From Paraspadella gotoi (Eukaryota > Animalia > Chaetognatha), in contig JBJCIZ010000401.1 of the NCBI GenBank assembly GCA_051294375.1, positions 1-28,114 on the forward strand: 28,114 nucleotides of DNA, in the 5' to 3' direction. The translations under genes were made by a program, and so were the position numbers. This document shows positions 1-11,083 of this stretch, piece by piece. Under the pieces are notes generated by a model, which saw nothing but the letters and a program-made list of their open reading frames with translations, made no database searches and was not told where the DNA came from. How positions within the stretch are numbered: the stretch's first letter is position 1; each line of letters begins with the position of its first letter.

Positions 1-510
1 AGAGGATAGCTGTCGAACGATCACCGAACAGATGTGCTGGAACAGCTACCACACCTGAATGCTCTCCTAAATGGACCCCCATAAATCGGCTGGAAAACAG
101 AACATGTCGCCGCAACCGAAATCCAATTTGGGCCAAGGCCAAGGGATGTGGAAAGCGCCGACGAACTTACAAAAGGAATCTCATTGACTTTATAAGACAA
201 AGAGCCGACAAAGCACGAGAAAGCAGCTCAAGCGCAGCTGGCAAACCAGCGGACAACTATAAAGCAAACAATCGGCCTGAAAGAAACCCTTCACAGACGA
301 CCAGCAAGAGATTAAGGTCGGCGAACTAGTCCTGGCCAGACGTGATCTGATCATGACCGGAACAAGCGACAACCGAGAACAAAGTAAAAAAGGATACTAT
401 TCAGGTCCTCACAAGCGTCGTAGAGAAAGACGGGCAACCATTATGTCATCTCGATAGCTGGCCGAAACCTCAGATATCATCGACGTCGCCATCAAAAAGC
501 ATGAGACAAG
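1..510 (+). pseudogene. Frameshifted Ty3/Gypsy integrase C-terminal region
   Basis: Manual translation across frames gives EQLPHLNALLNG..MSP..EIQFGPRPR, EIKVGELVLARRD and KGYYSGPH(K)VVEKDG.HYVISIAGRNLRYHRR. These match the end of the integrase core and the GPY/F module. Multiple frameshifts and stops. Confidence 0.6.
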
Positions 511-979
511 GCCAACAGAATAGAAAAGAGACATAAAGTAGTGTACATAAGAAAAAATTAGAATTACAATATAATAAATAATAATAAACACGTAGGATTA
601 CGCCTATTCACACCAAGGACGTACCAATAGAATTGAGACAAAAAACAACAAAAAAGGTAGGAAAGAAACGAGAAGCAAGGTTATCTTCTCGATTGGAATC
701 CGAAAACAAAGAAAACGGAAACGGATTCCCGCGAGACAGAATACAAAACGGAAAACAAAGCCCCACGGAAGCCCAACCTCACGCCGATCGACCACGAAAA
801 AAACAAACGGGAAAATCTCTCATCCACTCCTCTCCTCCATAAAAAAAAAAATACGAACTTTTTCAATACGACAACAGCCAGAAGGCAAGACCTTGAAAGG
901 TCCAGAATAGGATGCTTCGTTTCCGCGGCTGCAAAGGTCACCAACTCCAGCTGCCGACTACCGCGTGCGCCTGTCGTCT

Positions 980-1291
980 GAGGAAGGGGGGGACGCATCG
1001 AGATGAATCAGACTCAGAATCGAAACCCGGATCAACGGATCTATTGAAGCCTTCACCGGAAATACAATGGAAACATGCCCATTGGTTTGAAAGACAAAAT
1101 GGCACGGCAATGAACAAATGGTCGGGAAATTTACCTCTTGCCTCCGATCCGTTTTGGGCTGTATAAAAGGGAACCGATTCCTGTATGATTCACTCACTGC
1201 CTGGAAATTGAGAACCGTCTTTGTTTACTGTCTATTCTATCTGAAGAATAAAATCCACTTTGATTTCGCTTAGAAATCCCTGCCTTGTTAC
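980..1291 (+). mobile_element. Candidate polypurine tract and 3' LTR of the same retrotransposon
   Basis: GAGGAAGGGGGGGA at 980-993 lies downstream of the integrase remnant, followed by TATAAAAG (1162) and AATAAA (1247) and then an abrupt shift to AT-rich DNA. TG..CA ends are not clean. Confidence 0.4.
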
Positions 1292-2064
1292 TAAATTGAT
1301 TTATAAATGCAAAAAAAATTCAAAAAATACATGATTGTATTATAGTATTAAACTTAAAGAGTGTCTTTTGTCAAGATTTAGCTTTTTGTATGCTTTTACC
1401 TCACGACATAAATGATTCAAATTCAATTTTTCCAAATTTTTGACTTCTTTAAGGTATTTGTACAGAAAAAATCTACCAAGATGTAGGCATACCTTGATAA
1501 AAACTAGTAGAAAAAACCAAGAATTAATAAAAAATATGTATTTTGAAAAATAATAGCTCACAGATATACTAATTGAAGGCTATTTCTAAAGCAATTGCTC
1601 GTCCACATCCTTCAGCATATTTAGAATGCCTCTACAAGCCCTATGGAATATTTTGCATAAAAGAATTTGATGAAAATATAAACTACAAGTATTAAGCTAG
1701 CTAATAAAGCTAATAATAATGACACAACCCAATTTTTTTTTCTATTGACAGGTTAAAAATTTTTTTTAAAAATATCCTTCAAAAGGGGCTCCATTAAGAA
1801 GTACTTGATTAATCATTATGAAACTTACCCAAAACTTTTATCTTATCCTCCTTCATTGATTAAAGCTATATTAAAAATAATAGTAACATATTTTGAACAT
1901 ATGGCATATCTTTAAAAAAATTGTACATGAAGTATCCTCCAGGATGTGGATACACTTATATTTTAAAAAACAAATTATTTAATTAATTAAGGGTTTCATA
2001 GATGAGTAAAATCATATAAAAACCTTTTATAGTACTATCCATACTCAAAAGATATATTAATTAA

Positions 2065-2409
2065 TGTAATGACTACCACCTTCTCCAGCATGTTGTGAAT
2101 GCTGTCGTAATGCCTCAAGAGTTGTTGGCGGAAAGTGCATCGCCAGAATGAGGCATGTCGCCTGAAAGTGTTGTTGTTGCTGTTGTGTTCGGAAGTCGGG
2201 CTAACCAATGAAGAGACAGTAATTATTGATAAGTGTTAATGACAGAACCGTTCAATATAAGCAGTCCCTGAGCTTTGGATCAGGCTGTAACACCATGTTA
2301 CAGGCGGGTTAAGCGCCCCATCCCTCTTAACTGCTAGGCGGCCACCGGGCTAGAACCCCGGACCTTTGGGTTGGGAGGCGAATGACTTGCCTCCGGCACC
2401 AATGGCCGC
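2065..2409 (-). mobile_element. tRNA-derived SINE (Gly-CCC-like head at 2409-2338)
   Basis: The 72-nt head has a perfect 7-bp acceptor stem GCGGCCA/TGGCCGC, an A-box-like TGGTGCCGGAGG, a CT-CCC-AA loop with a mispaired anticodon stem, and a B-box-like GGTTCTAGCCC. A GC-richer body with hairpins follows. The 3' limit is approximate. Confidence 0.65.
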
Positions 2410-2440
2410 TGATGAACGGTTGGTGGATTTTAGTCCACCA

Positions 2441-2505
2441 TAATCGCATCAATATTTGGTTATCATTGAAGGTAGGCTCGATCCTATTCTTTTAAGATTT
2501 TTTTA
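2441..2505 (+). repeat. 3' end fragment of DINE-like element 2
   Basis: atcgcatcaatatttggttatcat..ggctcgatcctatt.ttttaagattttt matches 19605-19666 and 22470-22528. Confidence 0.75.
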
Positions 2506-3378
2506 TGAGGTATCATTAGTTTTTAAATTAATTATAATTTTAACTTAGTTTGACACTCACTCTGTAAAGAGATTTCAGCAAAAATAATTCTAAAATTGTA
2601 TCTTGTATATGCCCTACCTTTGTTCCTTCAAAAGATATTAGGAAAAATCATTTTTTTCTCTCAACCTTCCTTTTAATTTCTTTTTAAATAAAAATTTTGC
2701 GATGAAAACTGGACCAATTCACTTTACCATGGTTCTTTAATATAATACTAAAATAAATACTAAAATACTAAAATACTAATATAAATACTAAAAAGAAAAA
2801 ATGTCGAGCTCTAGGGACACGAGGAATCTCATAATTTGAAGTACCATTTATAATGCTAACATACCCTAATCCCATTTGTAATTTTAAAAAAGTAAAATTT
2901 ATCTTTCATTTCTATAGTAAAAACGAGGTTTGAAAATCCTCCGGAGATGAGAAGTTCATTTCTCCTGGCTTGCTTGATAGTCAATTCTTTATCAAATGCT
3001 ACAAGAACAAAAAGTCGAGCTCTTGAGATGCAACGCTATCGGAATCGTTTTTACAACTGTTTTCTACCGGAATTTCTCCCTATGTCGTTTGTAAAGTTGG
3101 GCAGTCAGATTTGAACGGAAATCTCTATCAGAAAAATGTTGAATTTTTTTTAAAGCGAGATTTTCGCCTCCATTTCCACGCAGACGATTCCATCGAAACT
3201 TGATTTCCACCTTACAGATCTGCTCAAAAAAAAGCTTAAACTTTGAACTATCTCGCTTGTCTGTCGTCCTATTAATTAAAATTTTGGTTCATTTGAAAGC
3301 CAAGATGAATATTTTTCATCCGAGCCCATGACGAGGTTTTTAGGCCTAAATTATAGAAGCTGTGCTAAAATCAAAAAA

Positions 3379-5751
3379 GGTTCTAGTTGGTTGGCGACTT
3401 CGCCATGGCGATATCGCCAGGGCTTTGGCGATGTCGCCAGTCCCCCACTGGCGACCTCGCCAGTGATAAAAGTAGCGAATATAATGAAAAGCGCAGCTAA
3501 CACGGGGATGAGCATCACCTTCAGGCTCCTCTCCAACCCTAACCCTAAACCAAACCTCCCGTTCACTCTGTGCCTCTCCCCTAACCCTAACCCGGGCCTG
3601 GGCCTCCCGTACATCTCCATGCCTCAACCCTAACCCTAACCGCCTTTGATGCATCAACCACGGGCCCTCCCCCAACCCTAACCCTAAACCAAGCCTTCCG
3701 TTCAACTCTGTGCCTCTCCCCTAACCCTAACCCAGGCTCAGCCCTAACCCTAACCGCCTTCGATGCATCAACCACGGCCCCTCCCCCAACCCTAACCCTA
3801 AACTAAGCCTCCCGTTCAACTCCATGCCTCTCCCCTAACCCTAACCCAGGCCCAGCCTCCCGTACATCTCCGTGCCTCAACCCTAACCCTAACCGCCTTC
3901 GATGCATCAACCATGGCCCTCCGCAACCCTAACCCTAAACCAAGCCTCCCGTTTAACTCCATGCCTCTCCCTAACCCTAAACCAGGCCCGGCCTCCCGTA
4001 CATCTCCGTACCTCAACCCTAACCCTAATTGCCTTCGATATAATAACCCACGGGCCTCTCTCCCAACCCTAACCCTAAACCGGGCCCAGGCTCCGTACAT
4101 CTCCGTACCTCAACCCTAACCCTAATTGCCTTCGATATATAAACCCACAGGCCTCTCTCCCAACCCTAACCCTAAACCGGGCCCAGGCCTCCCGTACATC
4201 TCCGTGCCTCAACCCTAACCCTAACGCGGGCCTCTTGGTCATCAACAACACCCTCCCTACCCCTATCCCTAAAATTACATTAATAATAAAGCCTAAAATA
4301 AACTTAACTTAACTCAACCCTAACCTAACCCTAAACTACTCAACCCTAACCCTAAACTACTCAACCCTAACCCTAACTACTACCTACTCAACCCTAACCC
4401 TAAACCAACTCAACCCTAACCCTAACCCTAATCTGAGTTTATTTTTAGGCGAATATCGCCATAACTAGAACGCTAGATGTAGTTCAGTGCGAAATCGCCA
4501 AATGCGACTTAGCCATGACGCCCTCGCCATTTGGCGGTTTAGCTGTGAACTACATCTAGCGTTCTAGTTATGGCGATTTCGCCTAAAATAAACTCAGATT
4601 AGGGTTAGGGTTGAGTTGGTTTAGGGTTAGGTTGAGTAGGTAGTAGTTAGGGTTAGGTTGAGTAGTTTAGGGTTAGGTTGAGTAGTTTAGGGTTAGGGTT
4701 AGGTGAGTTAAGTTAAGTTTATTTTAGGCTTATTATTAATGTCAATTTTAGGGATAGGGGTAGGGAGGGTGTTGTTGATGACCAAGAGGCCCGCGTTAGG
4801 GTTAGGGTTGAGGCACGGAGATGTACGGGAGGCCTGGCCCGGTTTAGGTTAGGGTTGGGAGAGAGGCCGTGGTTATATATATCGAAGGCAATTAGGGTTA
4901 GGGTTGAGGTACGGAGATGTACGGGAGGCTGGGCCCGGTTTAGGGTTAGGGTTGGGAGAGAGGCCCGTGGGTTATATATCGAAGGCATTAGGGTTAGGGT
5001 TGAGGTACGGAGATGTACGGGAGGCCGGGCCTGGTTTAGGGTTAGGGGAGAGGCATGGAGTTAAACGGGAGGCTTGGTTTAGGGTTAGGGTTGCGGGAGG
5101 GACCCATGGTTGATGCATCAAAGGCGGTTAGGGTTAGGGTTGAGGCACGGAGATGTACGGGAGCTGGGCCTGGGTTAGGGTTAGGGGAGAGGCATGGAGT
5201 TGAACGGGAGGCTTAGTTTAGGGTTAGGGTTGCGGGAGGGGCCCGTGTGTTGATGCATCGAAGGCGGTTAGGGTTAGGGTTGAGGCACGGAGATGTACGG
5301 AGGCTGAGCCTGGGTTAGGGTTAGGGGAGAGGCACAGAGTGAACGGAAGGCTTGGTGTTAGGGTTGGGGAGGGCCCGTGGTGATGCATCAAAGGCGGTTA
5401 GGGGTTAGGTTGAGGCATGGAGATGTACGGGAGGCCCAGGCGCCGGGTTAGGGTTAGGGGAGAGGCACAGAGTTGAACGGGAGGTTTGGTTTAGGGTTAG
5501 GGTTGGGAGAGGAGCCTGAAGGTGATGCTCATCCCCGTGTTAGCTGCGCTTTTCATTATATTCGCTACTTTTATCATGCGGGGCGGGCGGCGGGGGGTCC
5601 GCCAGGGGGGGAGGGGGGCTGGCGGCCACGGGGGCTGGGTCGCCATGGGGGTGGTCGCAAACCTGGCGATATCGCATCAAGCGCAACCAACTAAACCACC
5701 TGCAACTCGTGCGTGAATCGCCGGCGACATCGCTTTTGAATGAACTACAAC
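3379..5751. repeat. 2.4-kb palindrome of TTAGGG-containing satellite, probably a non-autonomous TIR element
   Basis: Arm 3379-4507 is the reverse complement of 4524-5700. ~127-bp units consist of three subunits, each separated by CCCTAACCCTAA. Short motifs GTTCTAGTT/AACTAGAAC and TGTAGTTCA/TGAACTACA bound the modules. Confidence 0.9.
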
Positions 5752-5803
5752 TTAGGATCGAAATTTTGCTTACAATCCTTTTTTTTGTGTGTGTTTTTTT
5801 ACC

Positions 5804-7376
5804 ATGGAAAAAGGGAAAGCTGCAATAGTTGAGCTTTGGAAAGGGGGTTTGTCAAGATATAGGATCGCCAGACAGTTTTATTTCCCTCTAACAACCATCT
5901 GCAGAGTTGTCAACAAATTTGAAGCAACTGGATACCTTGGACGAGCTGTTGGAAGCAGGCGGCCTCGCATGTCCATTAGAGCGTTCAAAGATAACAAAAT
6001 ATAAGATATTTAATTTTCATTCATTATTGTTTTATTGTAATAAGGTCTGAAGAATTTGATGATGATAACCATTTTTTTGCGGTATAGTTCATCTTCCTTG
6101 TCGCCAATGAAGCAATAAGGTGCATTATTAAAATGGCGCAACCATTGTAGAGTATGAGAAACTAAAATTATTAAATTTTATAAAATTCATATTTAGCTAT
6201 ATAATATTGAAAAATAAAGCCCATGAAAATATTTTTGGTAAAGTTTATTTCTAAATTTATATTTATATTACAGCTGTTAGCTATATTATTAATAATTAGT
6301 AGTTAAAATAGGCTAAAGTTGAAAAAATAAATATTTTTGAAATTTTAAACCAGATTTGAATTTCCTGCAAAAAGTTGATATAAGAAAGTAAAATCTATTT
6401 TAACAAAATTTTTCATTAATTTGGTTAAAAATGTTAAAAACTATGATTTTGTTTAATTAACCATTTTTGGTTTAGAATTATAGTTTTTCTAAATTTTGAC
6501 TAACGTTTTAATTTGCGGAAAATTTTTTTAATAAAAAAAATATATTTTTTTTTATTTTCTTATTCAACTTTTTGCAAGAATGCGAATTCCGGGATAAAAA
6601 ATTTAAACTGTTATTATTTTTTAACTTTGGCCAATTTTATTTTTATAATTATAATAATATAGCTAACTTACTTTTAATAAAACATAAAATTGAAAAATTA
6701 ATTTATCAAAATATTTTTATAGGTCAAAAGCTCATGTAAATTTTTTAAAAAATTAATAATTTGATTTATCATAACTTATATAATTTTGCCATATTTTTCA
6801 TTAACATTTTATATACATTAAAAATCGTCATTTCCGACAAAAAAGATGAAATTATACAAAAAATGGTCATCACCATCGAATTCTTCAGACCTTATTACAG
6901 TAAAATAATTATGAATAGAATTTAATATCTTATATTTTGTTATATTTGAACGCTCTAATGTCCATGGAGAGTGAGAACGATGATGTGGATAGTCTCGCAA
7001 TTCAATATTGTAAGGCTTCAGCAAGCCAGATGGGGAAAAAATGGAGAAAAAAGGAAGTGTTGCCAGTCGTTCAACAGTAAATGGGCGGCTTTTCATGGAG
7101 GATAGAGCTCTTGGATACAAAGCTAAAACCACTCAAAAATGTCATGAGGAAAATAGGATCGAGGTGTTCAAAGGTTGGCAACTTCATTGAAAATGTTTGG
7201 TCAAGGATGAAAAGGGATATTTTGCAGTATAACGCCATGACAGTCAACAAAATCTAAAAAATTTTAAAATAAATTTGGGGAGCTGAACCCTTCATATTTG
7301 TGCAGCCCCTACAACTCTCTCCCTCATTGCAGGGAGGTGGTGCATGGAAGAAAATAGTGGTCTGACAAAGTATTAA
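5804..7376 (+). pseudogene. Tc1-like transposase remnant split by a hAT MITE
   Basis: N-terminal HTH region MEKGKAAIVELWKGGLSRYRIARQF..TICRVVNKFEATG..GSRRPR (GRPR-like). After the MITE come FMEDRALGYKAKTTQK (FQQDNAP-H-like), NFIENVWSRMKR (NPIENLW) and a GLTKY-stop terminus. Confidence 0.9.
5977..6957. mobile_element. hAT-type MITE, copy 1 (981 bp, almost fully palindromic)
   Basis: Termini TAGAGCGTTCAAA/TTTGAACGCTCTA, with an exact 8-bp target duplication ATGTCCAT (5969-5976 and 6958-6965). Confidence 0.92.
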
Positions 7377-7421
7377 CTGACTTTATCATAACTATTAAAC
7401 TTTTTTTTGAGCAGAACTGTA

Positions 7422-7640
7422 ATCACACCTTTTCCTACCCACATACAAAATTTCAAGTCAATCGCCCCGTCCACTCATGAGTAATTGACGTTCAAATAGT
7501 GAAATATATTTTTTTCCATTTAAACTCATTTCCACTCGCACGATTCCATCGAAACTTCATATCCGGCTCAATCACACACTTCCCTACCCAAACACAAAAT
7601 TTCATTCCAATCCATCCATCTCACAATTTCGAGCTTTCAT
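7422..7640 (+). repeat. Minisatellite units (catttccactc..cgattccatcgaaact..cacacactttcctacccac..aaaatttca)
   Basis: Same unit as 14850-15770. The first unit begins at ~3165 and is interrupted by the Tc1 element. Confidence 0.8.
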
Positions 7641-9306
7641 CAGCGCTTGACATTCATGAATTGGAATACAATTTTTGAGTTAAAGAAAGAGAGAGAGAAG
7701 GAGAGAGAGAGAGAGAAAGAGAGAGAGAGAAGAAGAGCAAGGTTAAAGTTTCCAACAATGAAATGAGAAAGGACAGTGATCAGTGGTGAGGACAGATTTT
7801 AGATAAGGCCAATTTGAATAAGTTGTGAAAAGAAATGAACATTTGGTGAAAGCATAATTTATCATAATGCGATGTAAGACCTATGAAATAATAAAAGGAG
7901 TGAATGCCCGACAGCACCAGATGATTGGGAAAGGAGGAAACAGACGCGACGTGACTTCGGGACAAACAGTGAGATTATTAGTAGTCGGTGCATCCTACTG
8001 ATAAAGCCAGGAGCTGCTGACTGAAAATCCAGTCGTGAAGCACTAAACAATGCTCGACTCTGCCTACGATAATTAATTCGACATTAATTAATCGATTAAA
8101 TACTCTAATTGATTATCAATAGAGGCGTAGTAGTGGAGTAATCTCATTTAACTGGAATTATATTTCAACTAGCTAATTTCATGCATCGATGTTCCTGTGG
8201 ACGGCGGTCGGAATTTTTTTACGAGCGGGCGGTTACGCTTCACCTTAAATCTGTTTCCCGCTCCTTTTATTTTCCTCTCCGAACTTTCTTTATAATTAAA
8301 TTTGGAGCTGGGGGATAGGTTAAGTGCGGAAGCGTAAGCAGTATATATAAATGATGGTTTTGGGTATAGCGTTAGTTGAAGACTCATTTACTTTTTTGGC
8401 CAATTACTCAGCAATTATTGACTAAATTATCCTTATTACTTGAGATATAGTCATGTGTTTTAATAGATATCTATTATATTATTACTGATATCAAGACATT
8501 GACTGCTTAAATACAGACTACTATTGCGAGGATAGGTAGGTAACACCCCTTTATCGAACGGATTCATTTTCAAAACTTTTTTTTTAATATCTTGACATGA
8601 TTTTCTTTCCGAGTTTTTTATTATTTTGTTTTATTGTTTTCGCTCGTTTGCTGAGTTTACTCATTGATAATATTCTTTCTGCTTATAAATTCTCAAAGAA
8701 CGAGGCCATTTGGAAATTCAGAATTTTTTCTTCGGACAATTACGAAAAATACTAGTACAACAAATTAAAATGTCACAGGCGCCCACTTGTAGGTTCGAGC
8801 CCCGACCAAAGTAGAACGAGAGACGAGAACGAAGCTTAGTAAGCATGCTCATGAGACACGAGGAAGCAACGTTCTCTATACATAAATAGAGATATTCGTG
8901 TATTATTGGTTTTGAGTAAAATAATATATTACAATAACATATTTTTTATACACTGTCCTATACTCCCACTTTTTAACGGAACTATCTGATGATGACTTGC
9001 AGTATATGTAATATATAATTTTCTAAAATTAATTTTATGTCATAATTACAATACTCCAATATCTTATTTTTTTTCATATAGGGTCATTTTTCAATCTCCC
9101 TTTCACTCTAATTTCTCTCCTCTTTTTATGCACATTTGATCTTTTATGCGTTTTAAGATTTTTTTAACTTGCATCATTTTTTCACATTAATTTATAGTAA
9201 TCATTAATATATAAGTAAGTATTCATTATTTAATTGATTTAGTCTTTTCCATCTAAATCCATTTCCATTGGCACAATTCCGTCAAACATTTCTTATATAA
9301 TTTTTT

Positions 9307-11083
9307 GGTTTCGCATTGGGATTCCTCCCAACAGATTCCTCCACGCGGGATTCCTCCCACACGGGTTTCCTCCCACACGGGATTCCTCCCCAAGGGATTC
9401 CTCCCAATGGAATTGCTCCCACGGTGATTCCTCCCCAAAGGAATTCGCTCCACACGGAGATTCCTCCCAAAGGAATTCCTCCCATGCGGGAATCCACAGG
9501 CGGTTACTCCCACAGATTCCTCCATTCCGGGTTCCTCTCGCCGATCAGATATCGGTCCCCAGGGATTCTCCGCACGACGGTCTCTCCCACGCGGGATTCG
9601 TCCCACCACTGGGTCACTAACCACCGGGGTCCTCCACGCGGATTCCTCCAACACGGGATTCCTCCTACGCGGGATTCTCCCAACGCGGTATTCCTCCCCA
9701 ACAGATCTCGCCTCCCACACGCGGATCCAGAGACGGCCGCCCGTAGTCAACGACGGAGAAACTTTCCTCCCACATGGTCACCAGGATGGAGTTTCCTCCC
9801 CTCACAACATCACCGGGGTATTTCTCTTCCCACACGGGATTCCCTCCCCATGACGCGGATTCCTCTCCTACACTGTCTCAGGAGGATTTTTCTCATTCAG
9901 CAGGAGTAGGGATTGCGCTCCCAATGTGTGGGGAGAGTACTCTCCATGGGTTATTCGCCTTTCGCCATGAGCGTGGCGAGCCTCCCATTCTAAGGCGGTC
10001 ACTACATCTTGGTCAAGCCTACATAATTTATCGGTCAGCTGGCATGAATTTGGTCAATTAACATTGATTTTTTTGGTTTTTCCAACGGACATAAATTAGT
10101 CGGTCACAACTCGGGAATAAGATTGTTATCAAGCTGGTCGATAAAATTCTGGTATCGAAGAGTTTCTGGAGTTGGGTCGACACTGAGTAACTCTCTGATC
10201 TAACTGGCATAGATTTGGGTCAACTGCAGAATTTGGGTCAACGATGGCATAATTTAAGGAATCCGAGACTGGTCATTGAGCGTATTTGGGTCCACATCTT
10301 GCACGAATCAGTGTAGTCGCACACTGTCTATACTCTGTCTTTGGAGTTGCGAACTGTAACAGATTTGGGCTACAAAGCATTCAATCACTCCAATGCTAAT
10401 GAATCCCGTGTGGGAGGAAATCCAGTGTGATGAGGGAACTATCACGACTCGCGCGCACAATCTTTCATGTGGGAGGAAACCCGTTGTGAGAGCAGAAATC
10501 AGTGTCACGCGGATGTGCGATAGGACCATAACGAGTTGGGTTGAAGGAATCCCATGTGGAGGACAAAACAATGGGAGGACATCGCCGGAGGTGGGAGGCA
10601 CCGCGAATTACCCGCGATGGAGGAATGCCCGTGTGGGAAAGGAATCCCAGTGCGCGAGGAATTCCCTTTGCCAACGCGTATAGAGATGTGAAGATCTCGT
10701 GTAGGAGGTGAGAATCATCACTCGTGTGGGGAGGAATGCCGCGCTCGAAAGGCACTATCCTGCGTGCGCGGATACGTTCTGGGGATGCAACGGCGATTGA
10801 TGTGAGGAGATCCCGGAGCAAATTCATACTGGGGAGGAACCCGCGATGGGAGAATCTCCGTGTGGGAGGATCAGCTGTGTGGAGGAATACCTCGTGGGAG
10901 GAATCCCCGCGGGGAGGAATCCGTGTGGAGGATTCCCGCTCGTAGAGAGGAATTACCATTAGTGGTGATGTGATATCCAGCGTGTTGTGTAAGGTAATTA
11001 CCCGTGTGTGATGTGATAATCCCAGATTGGGGTATTTCCTCTTCGCTACAGTGTAGAGTGGAATTACCCGGCTAACAGCCACC
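9307..11083. mobile_element. Foldback/MULE-like element with tandem-repeat arms
   Basis: Left arm is ~20-bp units CACGCGGGATTCCTCCCA (9315-9950) and right arm is the complementary GTGGGAGGAATCCCGCG (10400-11070). The core has a different ~20-bp repeat, CTGGCATGAATTTGGTCAA. Ends are GG..CC with ATAATTTT on both flanks. Absent at the mirror site ~23445. Confidence 0.7.

Larger units (their letters stand above)
3215..7419 (+). mobile_element. Internally deleted Tc1/mariner transposon carrying two nested insertions
   Basis: TIRs CAGATCTGCTCAAAAAAAAGCTTAA and TTAAACTTTTTTTTGAGCAGAACTG have 2 mismatches and are flanked by TA on both sides. Removing the element rejoins one minisatellite unit (..gaaacttgatttccacct TA atcacaccttttcctaccc..). 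Confidence 0.9.

Noticed and set aside
1600-1955. Weak inverted match ccacatcct/aggatgtgg suggesting an old MITE
   Set aside because: Too short, and no termini or target duplication could be defined.
2338-2409. Functional tRNA-Gly(CCC) gene
   Set aside because: The anticodon and D stems are mispaired, the T-loop is non-canonical, and there is no oligo-T terminator right after it.
3530-4220. CRISPR-like repeat-spacer array (constant CCCTAA motif with ~30-bp spacers)
   Set aside because: The spacers recur in a three-unit cycle, there are no cas genes, and the context is eukaryotic.
3530-5510. Telomere-telomere fusion site or true telomere
   Set aside because: A fusion would read TTAGGG then CCCTAA; here the order is reversed. 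The repeats are only short runs within a satellite, and the block sits inside a Tc1 element.
3328-5716. ORFs rich in GLGLG, RVRV and NPNP
   Set aside because: They are translations of the TTAGGG satellite.
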